From: Alphaproteobacteria bacterium UBA6376
GTDB taxonomy: Bacteria > Pseudomonadota > Alphaproteobacteria > Rs-D84
Length of the DNA stretch: 64,000 bases
Reading direction: 5' to 3'
NCBI GenBank assembly: GCA_002437665.1
Contig: DJQW01000001.1
Location: 392,727 to 456,726 of the forward strand
Shown here: piece after piece, positions 46,427-55,917 of the stretch
Layout of the letters: the number at the start of each line of letters is the position of its first letter
How positions within the stretch are numbered: position 1 is the first letter of the stretch
Made by a program: the position numbers and the translations under genes
Notes under the pieces: model-generated
What the model was told of the DNA's origin: nothing
The model's database searches: none
What the model saw: only the letters and a program-made list of their open reading frames with translations

Positions 46427-48646
46427 ATGGGCATGTTCAAAGCGGGCGATATTGTAAAAGTTTTGATACCAAATGTTGCGAATGCCGGATACGACTATCG
46501 TTTAACGGTGGCGGCTGACATTGGTCAATTTGTTGCGTGTCGCGTCATGAACCGCCCATACGTTGGTGTGGTTTGGGGCATTGGGGATTCGGGGCTGCCC
46601 GCGGAAAAAATCAAAGACATTATTACGGTCTATGATGCGCGTCTGGCGGTTACTGATTTGCAATGGATTGCCAAGATGTCAACGTGGACACTGATGTCAT
46701 TGGGGGCGGTATTGCGATTGATTGTAAATGTGCCCGACGCATTTTTACCGCCCAAGATGGAACAACTCTATGAATTAAATATTGCAGACGGTGTGCGTAT
46801 GACCGCACCGCGTCTGGCGGTTGCCGATGCATTTGCGTCAAACGATGGCGACCCAATGTCGGCATCTGATGTCCAGAATATCGCACACGTCAGTGCCGCC
46901 GTCGTCCGCACAATGATAGGGCAGGGTTTGCTTGTTCCCAGAGAGCAAAGAGCATCCGTCTCCGCTGCGCTCCGCCGCGATATAATATATCACGATTGTG
47001 GTAATATAAAATTAAATGCCGAACAGCAATCGGCGGCGGACAAAATTGGTGCGGCGATTGACGCGGGTGGTTTTTCGGTGCACCTGTTGGACGGTATCAC
47101 GGGCAGTGGTAAAACACAGGTTTATTTTGATGCCGCATGGCGTGCGTATTCGCGCGGTGCGTCAGTATTATTGATGATGCCAGAAATCGCATTGACGGCG
47201 CAGTTTATGCATCGTTTTGCTGCGCGATTTGGTGCCGCCCCCGTCGTGTGGCACAGTAATTTAACCGCCGCGCGTCGTCGTGAAATCTGGCGCGGGGTAT
47301 TAAACGGCGAAATTCGTATGGTCGTCGGCACGCGCAGTGCATTGTTCTTGCCGTGGCAAAAATTGGGTCTGATTGTCGTGGACGAAGAACACGATACATC
47401 ATATAAACAGGAAGATATGGGGAATTATCACGCCCGCGACATGGCGGTCTTGCGTGCCAAGATTGCGGGATTTCCCGTTGTACTGGCCAGTGCGACGCCA
47501 TCGGCGGAAACCCTGCAAAATGTTGCGCTGGGGAAATACCAGTTATTGCGCCTGACATCGCGATTTGGTGGCGCGCAAATGCCAAAAATTGAAACAATCG
47601 ATTTGCGTGAAAATCGCCCCGACACGTACCAGTTGCCATCGGATGATGCAGATTCCGCGCCACGAACGGGCTATCTGTCCACGCCATTGTGCGATGCGAT
47701 TTCAGAAACACTGGCGGCGGGCCGTCAAATAATGCTGTTTATAAATCGCCGCGGTTTTGCCCCGATTGTTCAGTGTAAAAAATGCGGCTGGGTTGCCCAG
47801 TGTCCGGATTGCAGCGTCGGCATGACGTATCACCGCGCGATGGGCAAATTGCTGTGCCATATGTGTGGGCGCACCGCGCCAATGCTGGCCAAATGTCCCG
47901 ATTGCGGCGGCGATGTGTCGACGCGTGGTGCGGGCTTGGAAAAGATAGCAGAGGAGGTGTCCGCCCGTTTTCCATCGGCGCGGGTCGTATTGGTGTCCAG
48001 TGATACAATTTCATCGCGCCAGTCATTGGAACGCTTGGTCGCAAAAATGGAAAACGGCGAAATCGACATCGTCATCGGAACGCAGATTCTGGCCAAGGGT
48101 CACCATTTTCCGAACCTGACACTGGTTGGGGTTGTGGACGCCGATATGGGGTTGTTCGGTACGGATTTCCGTGCCGCCGAACATACGTTTCAGCAATTAT
48201 TTCAGGTTGCCGGTCGTGCCGGTCGTGGCGAATTCCCAGGGCGGGTATTGATGCAAACGTACCAGCCCGACCACCCAGTTTTGCGTGCGATATGTGCGGG
48301 CGATCGTGATGCGTTTATGGCGTCCGACATGGCGGCGCGCCGTGCGGCGGGAATGCCACCGTTTGGTCAACTGATTGCGGTTGTTGTAGAGGGACAAAAG
48401 GAATCCGTATTAAAGGGGTTCTGTGATGCATTGGCGGCGGCCGCGCCGATTGCCGCGGGCGTAAAAATCATGGGCCCAATCGCGGCGGGCGTGTATCAAA
48501 TCAGAAATTGGTATCGTATGCGTTTCTTGGTTGCGGGCGATACAACAACAATGTTGCAACCGGTTGTATCGCATTGGCTGGCCAAGGTAAAACAACCCGC
48601 CAACATTCGGGTCAAGGTTGATGTAAACCCACAAAACTTTATGTGA
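46427..48646 (+). CDS. priA: Primosomal protein N' (replication restart helicase PriA)
   Basis: Walker A GITGSGKT, DEEH, Cys-rich Zn-binding insert (CKKCGW...CPDCS...CHMCG...CPDCG). ATG 46427 chosen; the 45710 extension in the track overlaps the divergent kinase gene. Confidence 0.85.
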   Translation: MGMFKAGDIVKVLIPNVANAGYDYRLTVAADIGQFVACRVMNRPYVGVVWGIGDSGLPAEKIKDIITVYDARLAVTDLQWIAKMSTWTLMSLGAVLRLIVNVPDAFLPPKMEQLYELNIADGVRMTAPRLAVADAFASNDGDPMSASDVQNIAHVSAAVVRTMIGQGLLVPREQRASVSAALRRDIIYHDCGNIKLNAEQQSAADKIGAAIDAGGFSVHLLDGITGSGKTQVYFDAAWRAYSRGASVLLMMPEIALTAQFMHRFAARFGAAPVVWHSNLTAARRREIWRGVLNGEIRMVVGTRSALFLPWQKLGLIVVDEEHDTSYKQEDMGNYHARDMAVLRAKIAGFPVVLASATPSAETLQNVALGKYQLLRLTSRFGGAQMPKIETIDLRENRPDTYQLPSDDADSAPRTGYLSTPLCDAISETLAAGRQIMLFINRRGFAPIVQCKKCGWVAQCPDCSVGMTYHRAMGKLLCHMCGRTAPMLAKCPDCGGDVSTRGAGLEKIAEEVSARFPSARVVLVSSDTISSRQSLERLVAKMENGEIDIVIGTQILAKGHHFPNLTLVGVVDADMGLFGTDFRAAEHTFQQLFQVAGRAGRGEFPGRVLMQTYQPDHPVLRAICAGDRDAFMASDMAARRAAGMPPFGQLIAVVVEGQKESVLKGFCDALAAAAPIAAGVKIMGPIAAGVYQIRNWYRMRFLVAGDTTTMLQPVVSHWLAKVKQPANIRVKVDVNPQNFM

Positions 48647-48739
48647 TTTTTTAATTTTTCACTGGATTTAATTCGTATATTTGTTTAGCATACCTGTTGA
48701 CACGGGGTGTTCCTGTGTCGGGGATTCAAGACCCCATGA

Positions 48740-48880
48740 AACCAGCGTCCACGTGACGATAAAAACTCCAACGCCTATTGCGGGTTGGAGGGCTGCGAAT
48801 ACATTGAATAAGCACGCTATAACTGGTTTTATAGTCTTGAACCTCCAACCACCTGAATTTCTTGGTGGTTTTCTTTTGTT
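48740..48880 (+). promoter_or_regulatory. Structured leader element copy A, ending in a terminator 30 nt before the Cys-rich gene 48911
   Basis: GCGTCCACGTGACGATAAAAACTCCAAC... Stem1 CTCCAAC(48766-72)/GTTGGAG. GGTTGGAGG(48783-91) can pair with CCTCCAACC(48842-50). Terminator AACCACC(48847-53)/GGTGGTT(48864-70)+TTCTTTTGTT. Confidence 0.55.
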
Positions 48881-48910
48881 CGCGATACAGAAAAAAAGGG
48901 AGAGGACAAT

Positions 48911-49729
48911 ATGAAACCAATAAAAATAATTTGCGCACTTGCATTTGCGTGGGGAATTTTGTCCGTGCCCGCATACGCCGCATCAACATGCACGGCAACA
49001 CTGATTGGTTCTACGACCAGTTCGACAACATCAATCGAAAACTGTATCAATGGTGAAAAGTACCGCTGGAAAAACAGCAGTGGCACATATGTAACGGTTG
49101 AAACGTGCTTGGATTGCTCGGACGGTGCGACATTGACCGAAGATGTTTCTTATTCACATTGCACAAATAAATTCACACGCGGTTTTTGCAGAAAAAAATG
49201 CACTGTTCAAACCATAGATGAAACCGATTTTCCAGAAGGTTGCACGGGTATGGCCGCGTACACCAAGAGTTTTGGTAATACAGAGTATGTTGAATGTACG
49301 GACTGTGAAAACGGGTATAAAGGGGTTCGAAAAACCGTTTCGTCCAACTGGTGTACAAATACCACTACCCAATTTCTGTGCGAGGTTGACCCCGACGCCG
49401 AATGCACAACCGATGACGAGTGTGTTGGGAATTTTGTCACCGAACCCGATGCAAATGGCTATGTAGAGGTTTCTACATTTGGTTGGTGCAGTGGCGGACA
49501 ATGCGAGTACGAAGACAGCAAACCCACTTGTATCAAGGGGTATTATGGTGCGGAAGGCAGTACCACTTGCCACAAATGCCCAACCGAGACCGGTGGTATT
49601 CCAACAACAACCGCAAATGAATACGGTGCAACATCAATTACGGAATGTTATGCCGAAAAAGATAACAAGGGTAAAGATACTGCCGGCACGTACAGTTTTT
49701 CACAAAATTGTAACTATTCTAATAACTAA
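48911..49729 (+). CDS. Secreted Cys/Thr-rich protein (family member 4; C..GYY...C..CP motif)
   Basis: 272 aa; signal peptide (AYAAST), about 30 Cys, CIKGYYGAEGSTTCHKCPTETGG. Confidence 0.55.
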   Translation: MKPIKIICALAFAWGILSVPAYAASTCTATLIGSTTSSTTSIENCINGEKYRWKNSSGTYVTVETCLDCSDGATLTEDVSYSHCTNKFTRGFCRKKCTVQTIDETDFPEGCTGMAAYTKSFGNTEYVECTDCENGYKGVRKTVSSNWCTNTTTQFLCEVDPDAECTTDDECVGNFVTEPDANGYVEVSTFGWCSGGQCEYEDSKPTCIKGYYGAEGSTTCHKCPTETGGIPTTTANEYGATSITECYAEKDNKGKDTAGTYSFSQNCNYSNN

Positions 49730-49756
49730 AAAAAACGCCCCGTTTAGGGGCGGTTT

Positions 49757-50002
49757 TTAATGCTGATTTTCTGATTGATGTTTCTTGGCCAATACGGCGT
49801 TTTTCGCGCGACGCGCCAATGCCTTGACCTTGACCGCACCGTCTAATATTTTGTCGGTCAGCCCTGGGCGATTCAAATATTCTTCCTCGCGTTTTTCGGC
49901 CTTGCGCAATTTGGCGGCACTGTATTCTTCCAGTTCGCGACGCATGTCGGGCGAACCCAAATCCATTTCGCGGTCTTCTACGACGATTTCATCTTTGTTC
50001 AT
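49757..50002 (-). CDS. Small charged hypothetical protein
   Basis: 81 aa, K/E/R-rich helical. Confidence 0.35.
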   Translation of the reverse strand: MNKDEIVVEDREMDLGSPDMRRELEEYSAAKLRKAEKREEEYLNRPGLTDKILDGAVKVKALARRAKNAVLAKKHQSENQH

Positions 50003-50035
50003 AATATTTTCCTTTTTTTGTTTCTGATTTTATTT

Positions 50036-50995
50036 TTATACAACCTCGGTCACGGCACGTAGTGCGCCATCGCGCGACAGTTGTACAACACGAATTTTCT
50101 TTTTCATTTCCGCAATTAAATCAGTGCGGTTATACGCCGGTTGGGTATGCAAGATACGATCGGCAAATGCGGCGTATGCGGCCTCGGCACTCTCGGCATG
50201 AATGGTGGTATAGAAATGGTCGTGACCCGTCCCCAGCATTTCCCACAGAACCGCTGCATTGTCGGTTGAAATTTCACCGCCGATAATCACGTCGGGCGTC
50301 ATACGCACAACCAAATCCAGCAATCGGGCATAATTAAACTCGTTTGTCTGTTCCGTACGTGACAAAACAAAGTGAACTCGGTTCGCCTGTGGTACGCGAA
50401 TTTCGCGCGCATCTTCGACCGTAATCACACGACTGTTTTGGTCAATCAGCGTCAGCATGTGATTCAAGAATGTCGTTTTACCGGTTGCGGTTGCGCCACT
50501 GATTAAAATCGGACTGCCGTCATTTATGGCGGACATCAAACGGTCGTACGGGTCATCAGGTCGCACGTTTTCGCGTGGTTTAACCTTTAACAACTGTTGT
50601 CCGCGCGCCAAATGATAGTTTGCAAACGATGTGTCGCCCGCACCACCACCACGAATATTTAACGCCACACCGCCCGTAACGTCGCGGTCATCATATTGAA
50701 CATTCGGGCCCGCAATCGCGGTGAAACGGTGACTGCCCGGCAGGGTTGCATACACCACCGGCACACCGTGAATTGGATCAAACGGCTGTTCATAAATGTT
50801 TGCCACCGTGTGAATTAAATCCACCAAATACTGTTTGGTCAGTACCGGCGCATCATACGCCACCCACGGCACGCGCGCGCCGTGCAGTCGCATCCACACC
50901 TGACCGGCGTGGTTGATTGCGATTTCTTCTACGAATGACGGACGATAAAATTCCGCCAACGGTTTCAGCAAAGAATCCAGAACTACATTTGACAT
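50036..50995 (-). CDS. VirB11-family (type II/IV secretion) hexameric ATPase, orphan
   Basis: 319 aa; EIAINHAGQVWMRLHG, Walker A ISGATATGKTTFLN, VITVEDAREI, PDVIIGGEIS, GHDHFYTTIHAES. Confidence 0.75.
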   Translation of the reverse strand: MSNVVLDSLLKPLAEFYRPSFVEEIAINHAGQVWMRLHGARVPWVAYDAPVLTKQYLVDLIHTVANIYEQPFDPIHGVPVVYATLPGSHRFTAIAGPNVQYDDRDVTGGVALNIRGGGAGDTSFANYHLARGQQLLKVKPRENVRPDDPYDRLMSAINDGSPILISGATATGKTTFLNHMLTLIDQNSRVITVEDAREIRVPQANRVHFVLSRTEQTNEFNYARLLDLVVRMTPDVIIGGEISTDNAAVLWEMLGTGHDHFYTTIHAESAEAAYAAFADRILHTQPAYNRTDLIAEMKKKIRVVQLSRDGALRAVTEVV

Positions 50996-51077
50996 TATGT
51001 TTTGATTTTATCATAAATCCGCCCTTGAATCAAAAAGGATTATTTGATAAAATCAAAAAAACAAGAGAGATACAAAC

Positions 51078-51641
51078 ATGAAAAAATCCTTGCTGTTTAT
51101 GATGTGCGGTGCGTTGATTCTGGGCGGTTGCGCCACGGATTCCGACACCCCTTATAACGAGAAAGATTTTGCCCAGGGCGGCACGGACGCGCCATTGTAC
51201 AACGAACGTACCAGCACGTTTATGCAATCGGACAATCAGTATTCTAATATTGATTCGTACAAGCCCAAGACCGCCGAAGAGAAAGAAAAATCCAATAACA
51301 AGTGGAACACGTCGCGCATGGAAACCCGCTGGCAGGAATACAAGGGTGCAATGGTTCGCGTGCAAATCTTGTTGGGAAATACCGATTTGCGTGAAATGCG
51401 CCTGCGTCTGATTCAGAACGCCGATGGTATGGATGTCGATGGCGACAGCCGCACCATCTTGGGTCAGGTTGCAGATTTCGAAATGAAACGTGTTTGTGGC
51501 CGCAACGCGGACAGCATTGTTATGGTGTACGACCGCCCATCATTTGATGTGATGCGCCCAACACCGTTCTTTGATTATAGAATTGAGGCCGAGGGTGCAA
51601 CCATGCGCGAATACGGTTTCAGATGCGTTTATAACAAATAA
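51078..51641 (+). CDS. Lipoprotein, unknown function
   Basis: 187 aa; lipobox LILGGCA. Confidence 0.5.
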   Translation: MKKSLLFMMCGALILGGCATDSDTPYNEKDFAQGGTDAPLYNERTSTFMQSDNQYSNIDSYKPKTAEEKEKSNNKWNTSRMETRWQEYKGAMVRVQILLGNTDLREMRLRLIQNADGMDVDGDSRTILGQVADFEMKRVCGRNADSIVMVYDRPSFDVMRPTPFFDYRIEAEGATMREYGFRCVYNK

Positions 51642-51660
51642 ATTACAAAAGGGTGAACAT

Positions 51661-51993
51661 ATGAAAAAAATCATGACCGCAGTTATTGCCGCTGGGGCAT
51701 TTGCGCTGGGCGCGTGCGACAGCAATGCAAACGATGTTGCAAAAAACGGTGACACCGTCGTTATTGACTTTGCCGGATTCAAAGATGGCGTTCAATTCCC
51801 AGGGGGCACGGCAACGGGCTATAAATTGACACTGGGCAGCAACACATTCGTCCCAGGATTCGAAGAACAAGTTGTTGGTATGGCGCGTGGTGAAACCCGT
51901 GATATCAATATTACATTCCCAACGAATTATTACCCAGAATTGGCGGGCCAAGACGTGGTGTTCAAGGTCACTGTCCAAGATATCATTAAATAA
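51661..51993 (+). CDS. FKBP-type peptidyl-prolyl isomerase lipoprotein
   Basis: 110 aa; lipobox ALGACD; GDTVVIDFAGF...FVPGFEEQVVGM...GETRDINI FKBP pattern. Confidence 0.65.
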   Translation: MKKIMTAVIAAGAFALGACDSNANDVAKNGDTVVIDFAGFKDGVQFPGGTATGYKLTLGSNTFVPGFEEQVVGMARGETRDINITFPTNYYPELAGQDVVFKVTVQDIIK

Positions 51994-52084
51994 AAAAACG
52001 GGGCGTCGCCCCGTTTTTTTATAGAGAGCAAAGCGCAGAGAGCAGAGAGCAATGAAAGTGCGCCGGATGGCGCACTTTTTTATT

Positions 52085-52166
52085 CACTGGATTGCTTCGT
52101 TACACTCGCAATGACAGAGATTCTAGAACTTTTGTCATTGCGAACGTAGTGAAGCAATCCAGTCAG
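52085..52166. repeat. MITE-like self-complementary element, family 1 (actggattgc...gcaatccagt)
   Basis: About 82 bp hairpin: cactggattgcttcgttacactcgcaatgacagag / ttgtcattgcgaacgtagtgaagcaatccagt. Confidence 0.75.
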
Positions 52167-52184
52167 TAGAGCCGCGCCAACGGC

Positions 52185-52206
52185 GCACATATGTGTCGCC
52201 TGCGGG
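52185..52206. repeat. 22-bp inverted repeat (gcacatatgtgtcgcctgcggg) left of the GT92 gene
   Basis: Reverse complement identical to 53303-53324. Confidence 0.8.
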
Positions 52207-52251
52207 TGCACATATACTTTTCCCTTGAATATTTTCCTGTAATTCTGAAAA

Positions 52252-53214
52252 ATGTGGGCAAAAGGGGTAATTATGTCCGATTTTATCATCAGCAATGCAC
52301 AGAAAAAGTGGACTAAAATCGCAACGTTCCTGATTCCGTCCAAGGTTTATCGCAAGAAACTGCGTGGCATCTTGACCATGGGTGTTGGCAATTATATTCG
52401 CGCGGTGCGTGGTGAACGCAACGCAAAATTCGCGCACGAATTGGCGGTCTTGGCCGTTATGAAGGACGAGGGCGCATACCTGAAAGAATGGTTGGATTTC
52501 CATATCTTGGCGGGCGTTGAAAAATTTTATCTGTATGACAATGAATCAACCGACAACACGACCGAAATTTTGAAACCATACATTGAACGCGGAATTGTGG
52601 AATACAAATACTGGCCCGGTCGCGCCCAACAGAATCCCGTGTATTGGGACGGCCTGAACCGGCACAAGAATGATGCGCGTTGGATTGCGGTGATTGACTT
52701 GGACGAATTTGTCGTGCCGGTGCAAAACAAAACGATAACAGAGTTCTTGCACACGTTGCCACGTGGTGCACGCGAATTGGTTATGACGTGGGTTATGTAC
52801 GGTTCATCGGGCCATGTTCACAAACCAGATGGTTTGGTCATCGAAAACTTTCGCTGTCATGCCGACCGTACGCGTCCGGCGGGTTGCAAATCGATTGTGA
52901 ATCCGCGTTTTATCACGCGCTGGGCAAATCCGCATATCAACGAAGTCGCCGGATTTATCGTTGATGAAAATGGCAAGAAACTGGGCCGCATTGACCAGAC
53001 GAACAACCCACCAACGTATAACAAGATTCGTTGCAATCACTATGTGACGAAATCTTTTGATGAATATATGTCGCGTGGCACGCGTATGGCGGTGTCGGGT
53101 CGTATTGCGCCGCATCGCACACCCGAACGTTTTCGCATGAATGATATGAACGATATTTGCGACCCAATAATGGACGAATGGGCCGCCCGCGTCAAAGCAT
53201 TCAAATTGAAATAA
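52252..53214 (+). CDS. Glycosyltransferase family 92 (DUF23-like)
   Basis: 320 aa; EKFYLYDNESTDNT and downstream DxD-like region typical of GT92. Confidence 0.65.
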   Translation: MWAKGVIMSDFIISNAQKKWTKIATFLIPSKVYRKKLRGILTMGVGNYIRAVRGERNAKFAHELAVLAVMKDEGAYLKEWLDFHILAGVEKFYLYDNESTDNTTEILKPYIERGIVEYKYWPGRAQQNPVYWDGLNRHKNDARWIAVIDLDEFVVPVQNKTITEFLHTLPRGARELVMTWVMYGSSGHVHKPDGLVIENFRCHADRTRPAGCKSIVNPRFITRWANPHINEVAGFIVDENGKKLGRIDQTNNPPTYNKIRCNHYVTKSFDEYMSRGTRMAVSGRIAPHRTPERFRMNDMNDICDPIMDEWAARVKAFKLK

Positions 53215-53237
53215 CGCCACACGCGTGGAAAAATAAA

Positions 53238-53481
53238 CTGGATTGCCGCGCTACGCTCGCAATGACAAGGGTGCTAGAAGTGCAAGGAAAATAGATATAA
53301 CAAGGGCGGCAGCCCGCAGGCGACACATATGTGCTGCGCAACATTATCAACTGGATTGCCGCGCTCCGTTCGCAATGACAAGGGGGGCTAGCAGTTGGTA
53401 AAAACGGATTGTTTTTTTATAACAGGCATTCTGGCTCTTTTGTCATTGCGAGCGAGCGTAGCGACGCGTGGCAATCCAGTA
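53238..53481. repeat. Cluster of family-1 repeat halves (two direct copies 53238-53283 and 53351-53396, one inverted copy 53436-53481) plus right 22-bp IR 53303-53324
   Basis: actggattgccgcgctacgctcgcaatgacaagggtgctagaag; actggattgccgcgctccgttcgcaatgacaaggggggctagcag; ttgtcattgcgagcgagcgtagcgacgcgtggcaatccagt. Confidence 0.75.
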
Positions 53482-53566
53482 AATAAACACGCGCGCCATT
53501 CGGCGCGCTATCTATTATCTATGCTCTCTTATCTATGCTCTAAAAAATGCCCCAATCGGGGCATTT

Positions 53567-54427
53567 TTATTCCACTGCAACGATAAATATTTTTGCGTCA
53601 TTTGCGGCGCGGATTGTGGCCTCTTTATCAACCACAAAACACGTCTTCGCATTTACAATAATCCCACGCAGGTGTGCCGCCGCAACCGCACGCACGGTAT
53701 CAACGCCAATCGCCGGAATATCGATACGCAGGTCTTGCCCTGGTTTTGTCATCTTGGCAAAGACGCCACTGGCGCGACGTTTGTTTTTGCGCATATCAAC
53801 AACGCGTTCCAGCATTTTGGCTGTGCCCTCGGCCGCTTCGACCGCGATTACCTGCTTATCAACCACGACCGATGCGCCAATGTCGGCGGCACCGATGGTG
53901 TGCGAAACATCCACCGCGCGTTCAATGTCGCGCGCATCGCGCGCGGTGGGCTTTGCCTTGGTTTTAACGCCCGCCGTTTCAAATGCCAGTTCTGGCGCGG
54001 CGTCTTGTGCCGCGACAATTTCAAATCCACGTCTTTCCAGTGCCTTGTTCAATGCAACCCCCATAGAATCATAACCCCTTTGATGTTTCATAATACTGAA
54101 CAGCATTCCGATTGACCACCAATCCGGACGAATATCGGAAAAGTTCGGGTGGCCCAGTGCCCCCACAAATGTCAGTTTGTGAATCCCGCGACGGCGAAAT
54201 TCGCGAATTGCCGGCCATGCGCCGCCCAATCGCACCGTTAAATCAGGATTCAATTCGGGATTTACAAAATTCTTTAACCCCACGATATACACATCCCAGC
54301 CGTTACGGCGCAACGCGTCGCGGGTAAAGAACGGCAAATCCAACGCGCCCGCAATCAGGGCGATTTTTTTATCTGTGCTTTTTTTCTTCATGTCCAGAAT
54401 CATACGCGCAAAAGGGGCTGGAATCAA
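53567..54427 (-). CDS. lpxI: UDP-2,3-diacylglucosamine hydrolase LpxI-like (DUF1009)
   Basis: 286 aa; KKIALIAGALDLP N-terminus and IDIPAIG region as in LpxI. Confidence 0.55.
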   Translation of the reverse strand: MIPAPFARMILDMKKKSTDKKIALIAGALDLPFFTRDALRRNGWDVYIVGLKNFVNPELNPDLTVRLGGAWPAIREFRRRGIHKLTFVGALGHPNFSDIRPDWWSIGMLFSIMKHQRGYDSMGVALNKALERRGFEIVAAQDAAPELAFETAGVKTKAKPTARDARDIERAVDVSHTIGAADIGASVVVDKQVIAVEAAEGTAKMLERVVDMRKNKRRASGVFAKMTKPGQDLRIDIPAIGVDTVRAVAAAHLRGIIVNAKTCFVVDKEATIRAANDAKIFIVAVE

Positions 54428-54478
54428 GTTGCAATTTATGATAAAATTTCTGCATAATAAATAAACAGGCGAAAAAAT

Positions 54479-55249
54479 ATGAAACAGATTTCTTGGTTTG
54501 GGGTTCTGGTGGTGCTGATGCCGATGGCGTCCGGCGCGGCTGGGTACAGTAATTCGGCATTCCAGCGCGAGGTTAAAACCGGACTGGATTTGATTGGTGC
54601 GCGCGCAAACGTTGACGTGTTGCCAGACACCGCCCCTGGGGAATTGGGCGCGGATGTGTACCAGACCGTTGGTGCGGCGGACAATGCCGATACCCAGATG
54701 TTTATTCCAACAACAATGTATGTCCGTATGGGTGCGGGGCTGAATTTGGGCTTTGCCACCGATCAGGCGAAAATTGGCGATGAAAAGTTTGATGCCAGTG
54801 GCGGCTATGCAACCCAGATTGGTTTGGGATGGAATTTGTCATCGTATGTCCGGACAGAGGTTGACTTTCAATCCACAACGCTGAAATTTTCAGATATTAA
54901 AAACATCACGGCGGATTATCGTACGGTTGGCGCGATGTTGTATTTTGATTTTGCGCGCCGCTATGTCCAGATGGGTGATATCACGCGTCGCCGTACATTC
55001 GTGCCGTTTATGGGGCTGGGTGCGGGATTTGGCCAGTATGAATTTCAGGGGCGCGACGGCGCAGATGGCTTTGTCATTGCCGCACCGCGCGCCGCGTTGG
55101 GCTTTAATGTAATGTTGACTGATTTGATTGGTATTGATGTTATGTATCAGTACAATATGATGATTGGTCATGGATTTGGTTGGGGTGTACGTGATGGCGG
55201 TGTTGATAACGTCAGCAACGTTATGGCGTCATTCCGTGTGAACTTTTGA
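54479..55249 (+). CDS. Outer-membrane beta-barrel protein (Opa/OmpA-like beta-barrel family)
   Basis: 256 aa; signal peptide, alternating amphipathic strands, C-terminal ...FRVNF. Confidence 0.65.
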   Translation: MKQISWFGVLVVLMPMASGAAGYSNSAFQREVKTGLDLIGARANVDVLPDTAPGELGADVYQTVGAADNADTQMFIPTTMYVRMGAGLNLGFATDQAKIGDEKFDASGGYATQIGLGWNLSSYVRTEVDFQSTTLKFSDIKNITADYRTVGAMLYFDFARRYVQMGDITRRRTFVPFMGLGAGFGQYEFQGRDGADGFVIAAPRAALGFNVMLTDLIGIDVMYQYNMMIGHGFGWGVRDGGVDNVSNVMASFRVNF

Positions 55250-55911
55250 TGGGGGCATGTAAAATGAAATATGGATTCTTGTTTGGTCTGGTGGGTTTAA
55301 TGCCGGCGGTTGCATCCGCGGCAATCCCGTATCGTGTGGAACAGGTCAGAACCCCCGTCGCGGCAATTTCTGGCAATGATGACGAGGCATTTGCCCGCAT
55401 GCACCGTTTCTATGTTGGCGGTATGTATGATTTTTCAATGTGGGACAGTTATACGTCCGATGACATGCTGCATGTGGCGGGCAAGAACACTTCATCGTTC
55501 GAGGCCGTTGCCGGTGTCCGTATCTTTGATACTTTTCGGGTCGAGGCGAACTATGTTCGCACCGCCGCCGAATGGGACGCATTCAAATTGACGAGCAATA
55601 CCGCATTTGTGAACGCAATATTTGATGCCCGTATCGACAGTATGTATCGCCTGTTCCATTCACAGCGCATTGTGCCATACGTTGGCGCAGGTGCGGGTCT
55701 GTCGTGGAACAGTGGAGACGACATCCATCTGGACAAAAAAATCAGCCCAGTTGCCGCGGCATTGGCGGGCGTTGGCTTTGAATTGGGTGAATATTTCACG
55801 ATTGATTTGGGCTATCGTTATATGTATATGTTCAAACCAGAATTTGCGGGTCTGTCTGATTTTGCACCAACCGCGCATCAGTTCCGTGCCGGTGTTCGTC
55901 TGAATTTCTGA
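55246..55911 (+). CDS. Outer-membrane beta-barrel protein, tandem paralog
   Basis: 221 aa; signal peptide AVASAA; C-terminal GVRLNF; start overlaps previous stop (ATGA). Confidence 0.65.
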   Translation: MMGACKMKYGFLFGLVGLMPAVASAAIPYRVEQVRTPVAAISGNDDEAFARMHRFYVGGMYDFSMWDSYTSDDMLHVAGKNTSSFEAVAGVRIFDTFRVEANYVRTAAEWDAFKLTSNTAFVNAIFDARIDSMYRLFHSQRIVPYVGAGAGLSWNSGDDIHLDKKISPVAAALAGVGFELGEYFTIDLGYRYMYMFKPEFAGLSDFAPTAHQFRAGVRLNF

Positions 55912-55917
55912 GAATAA

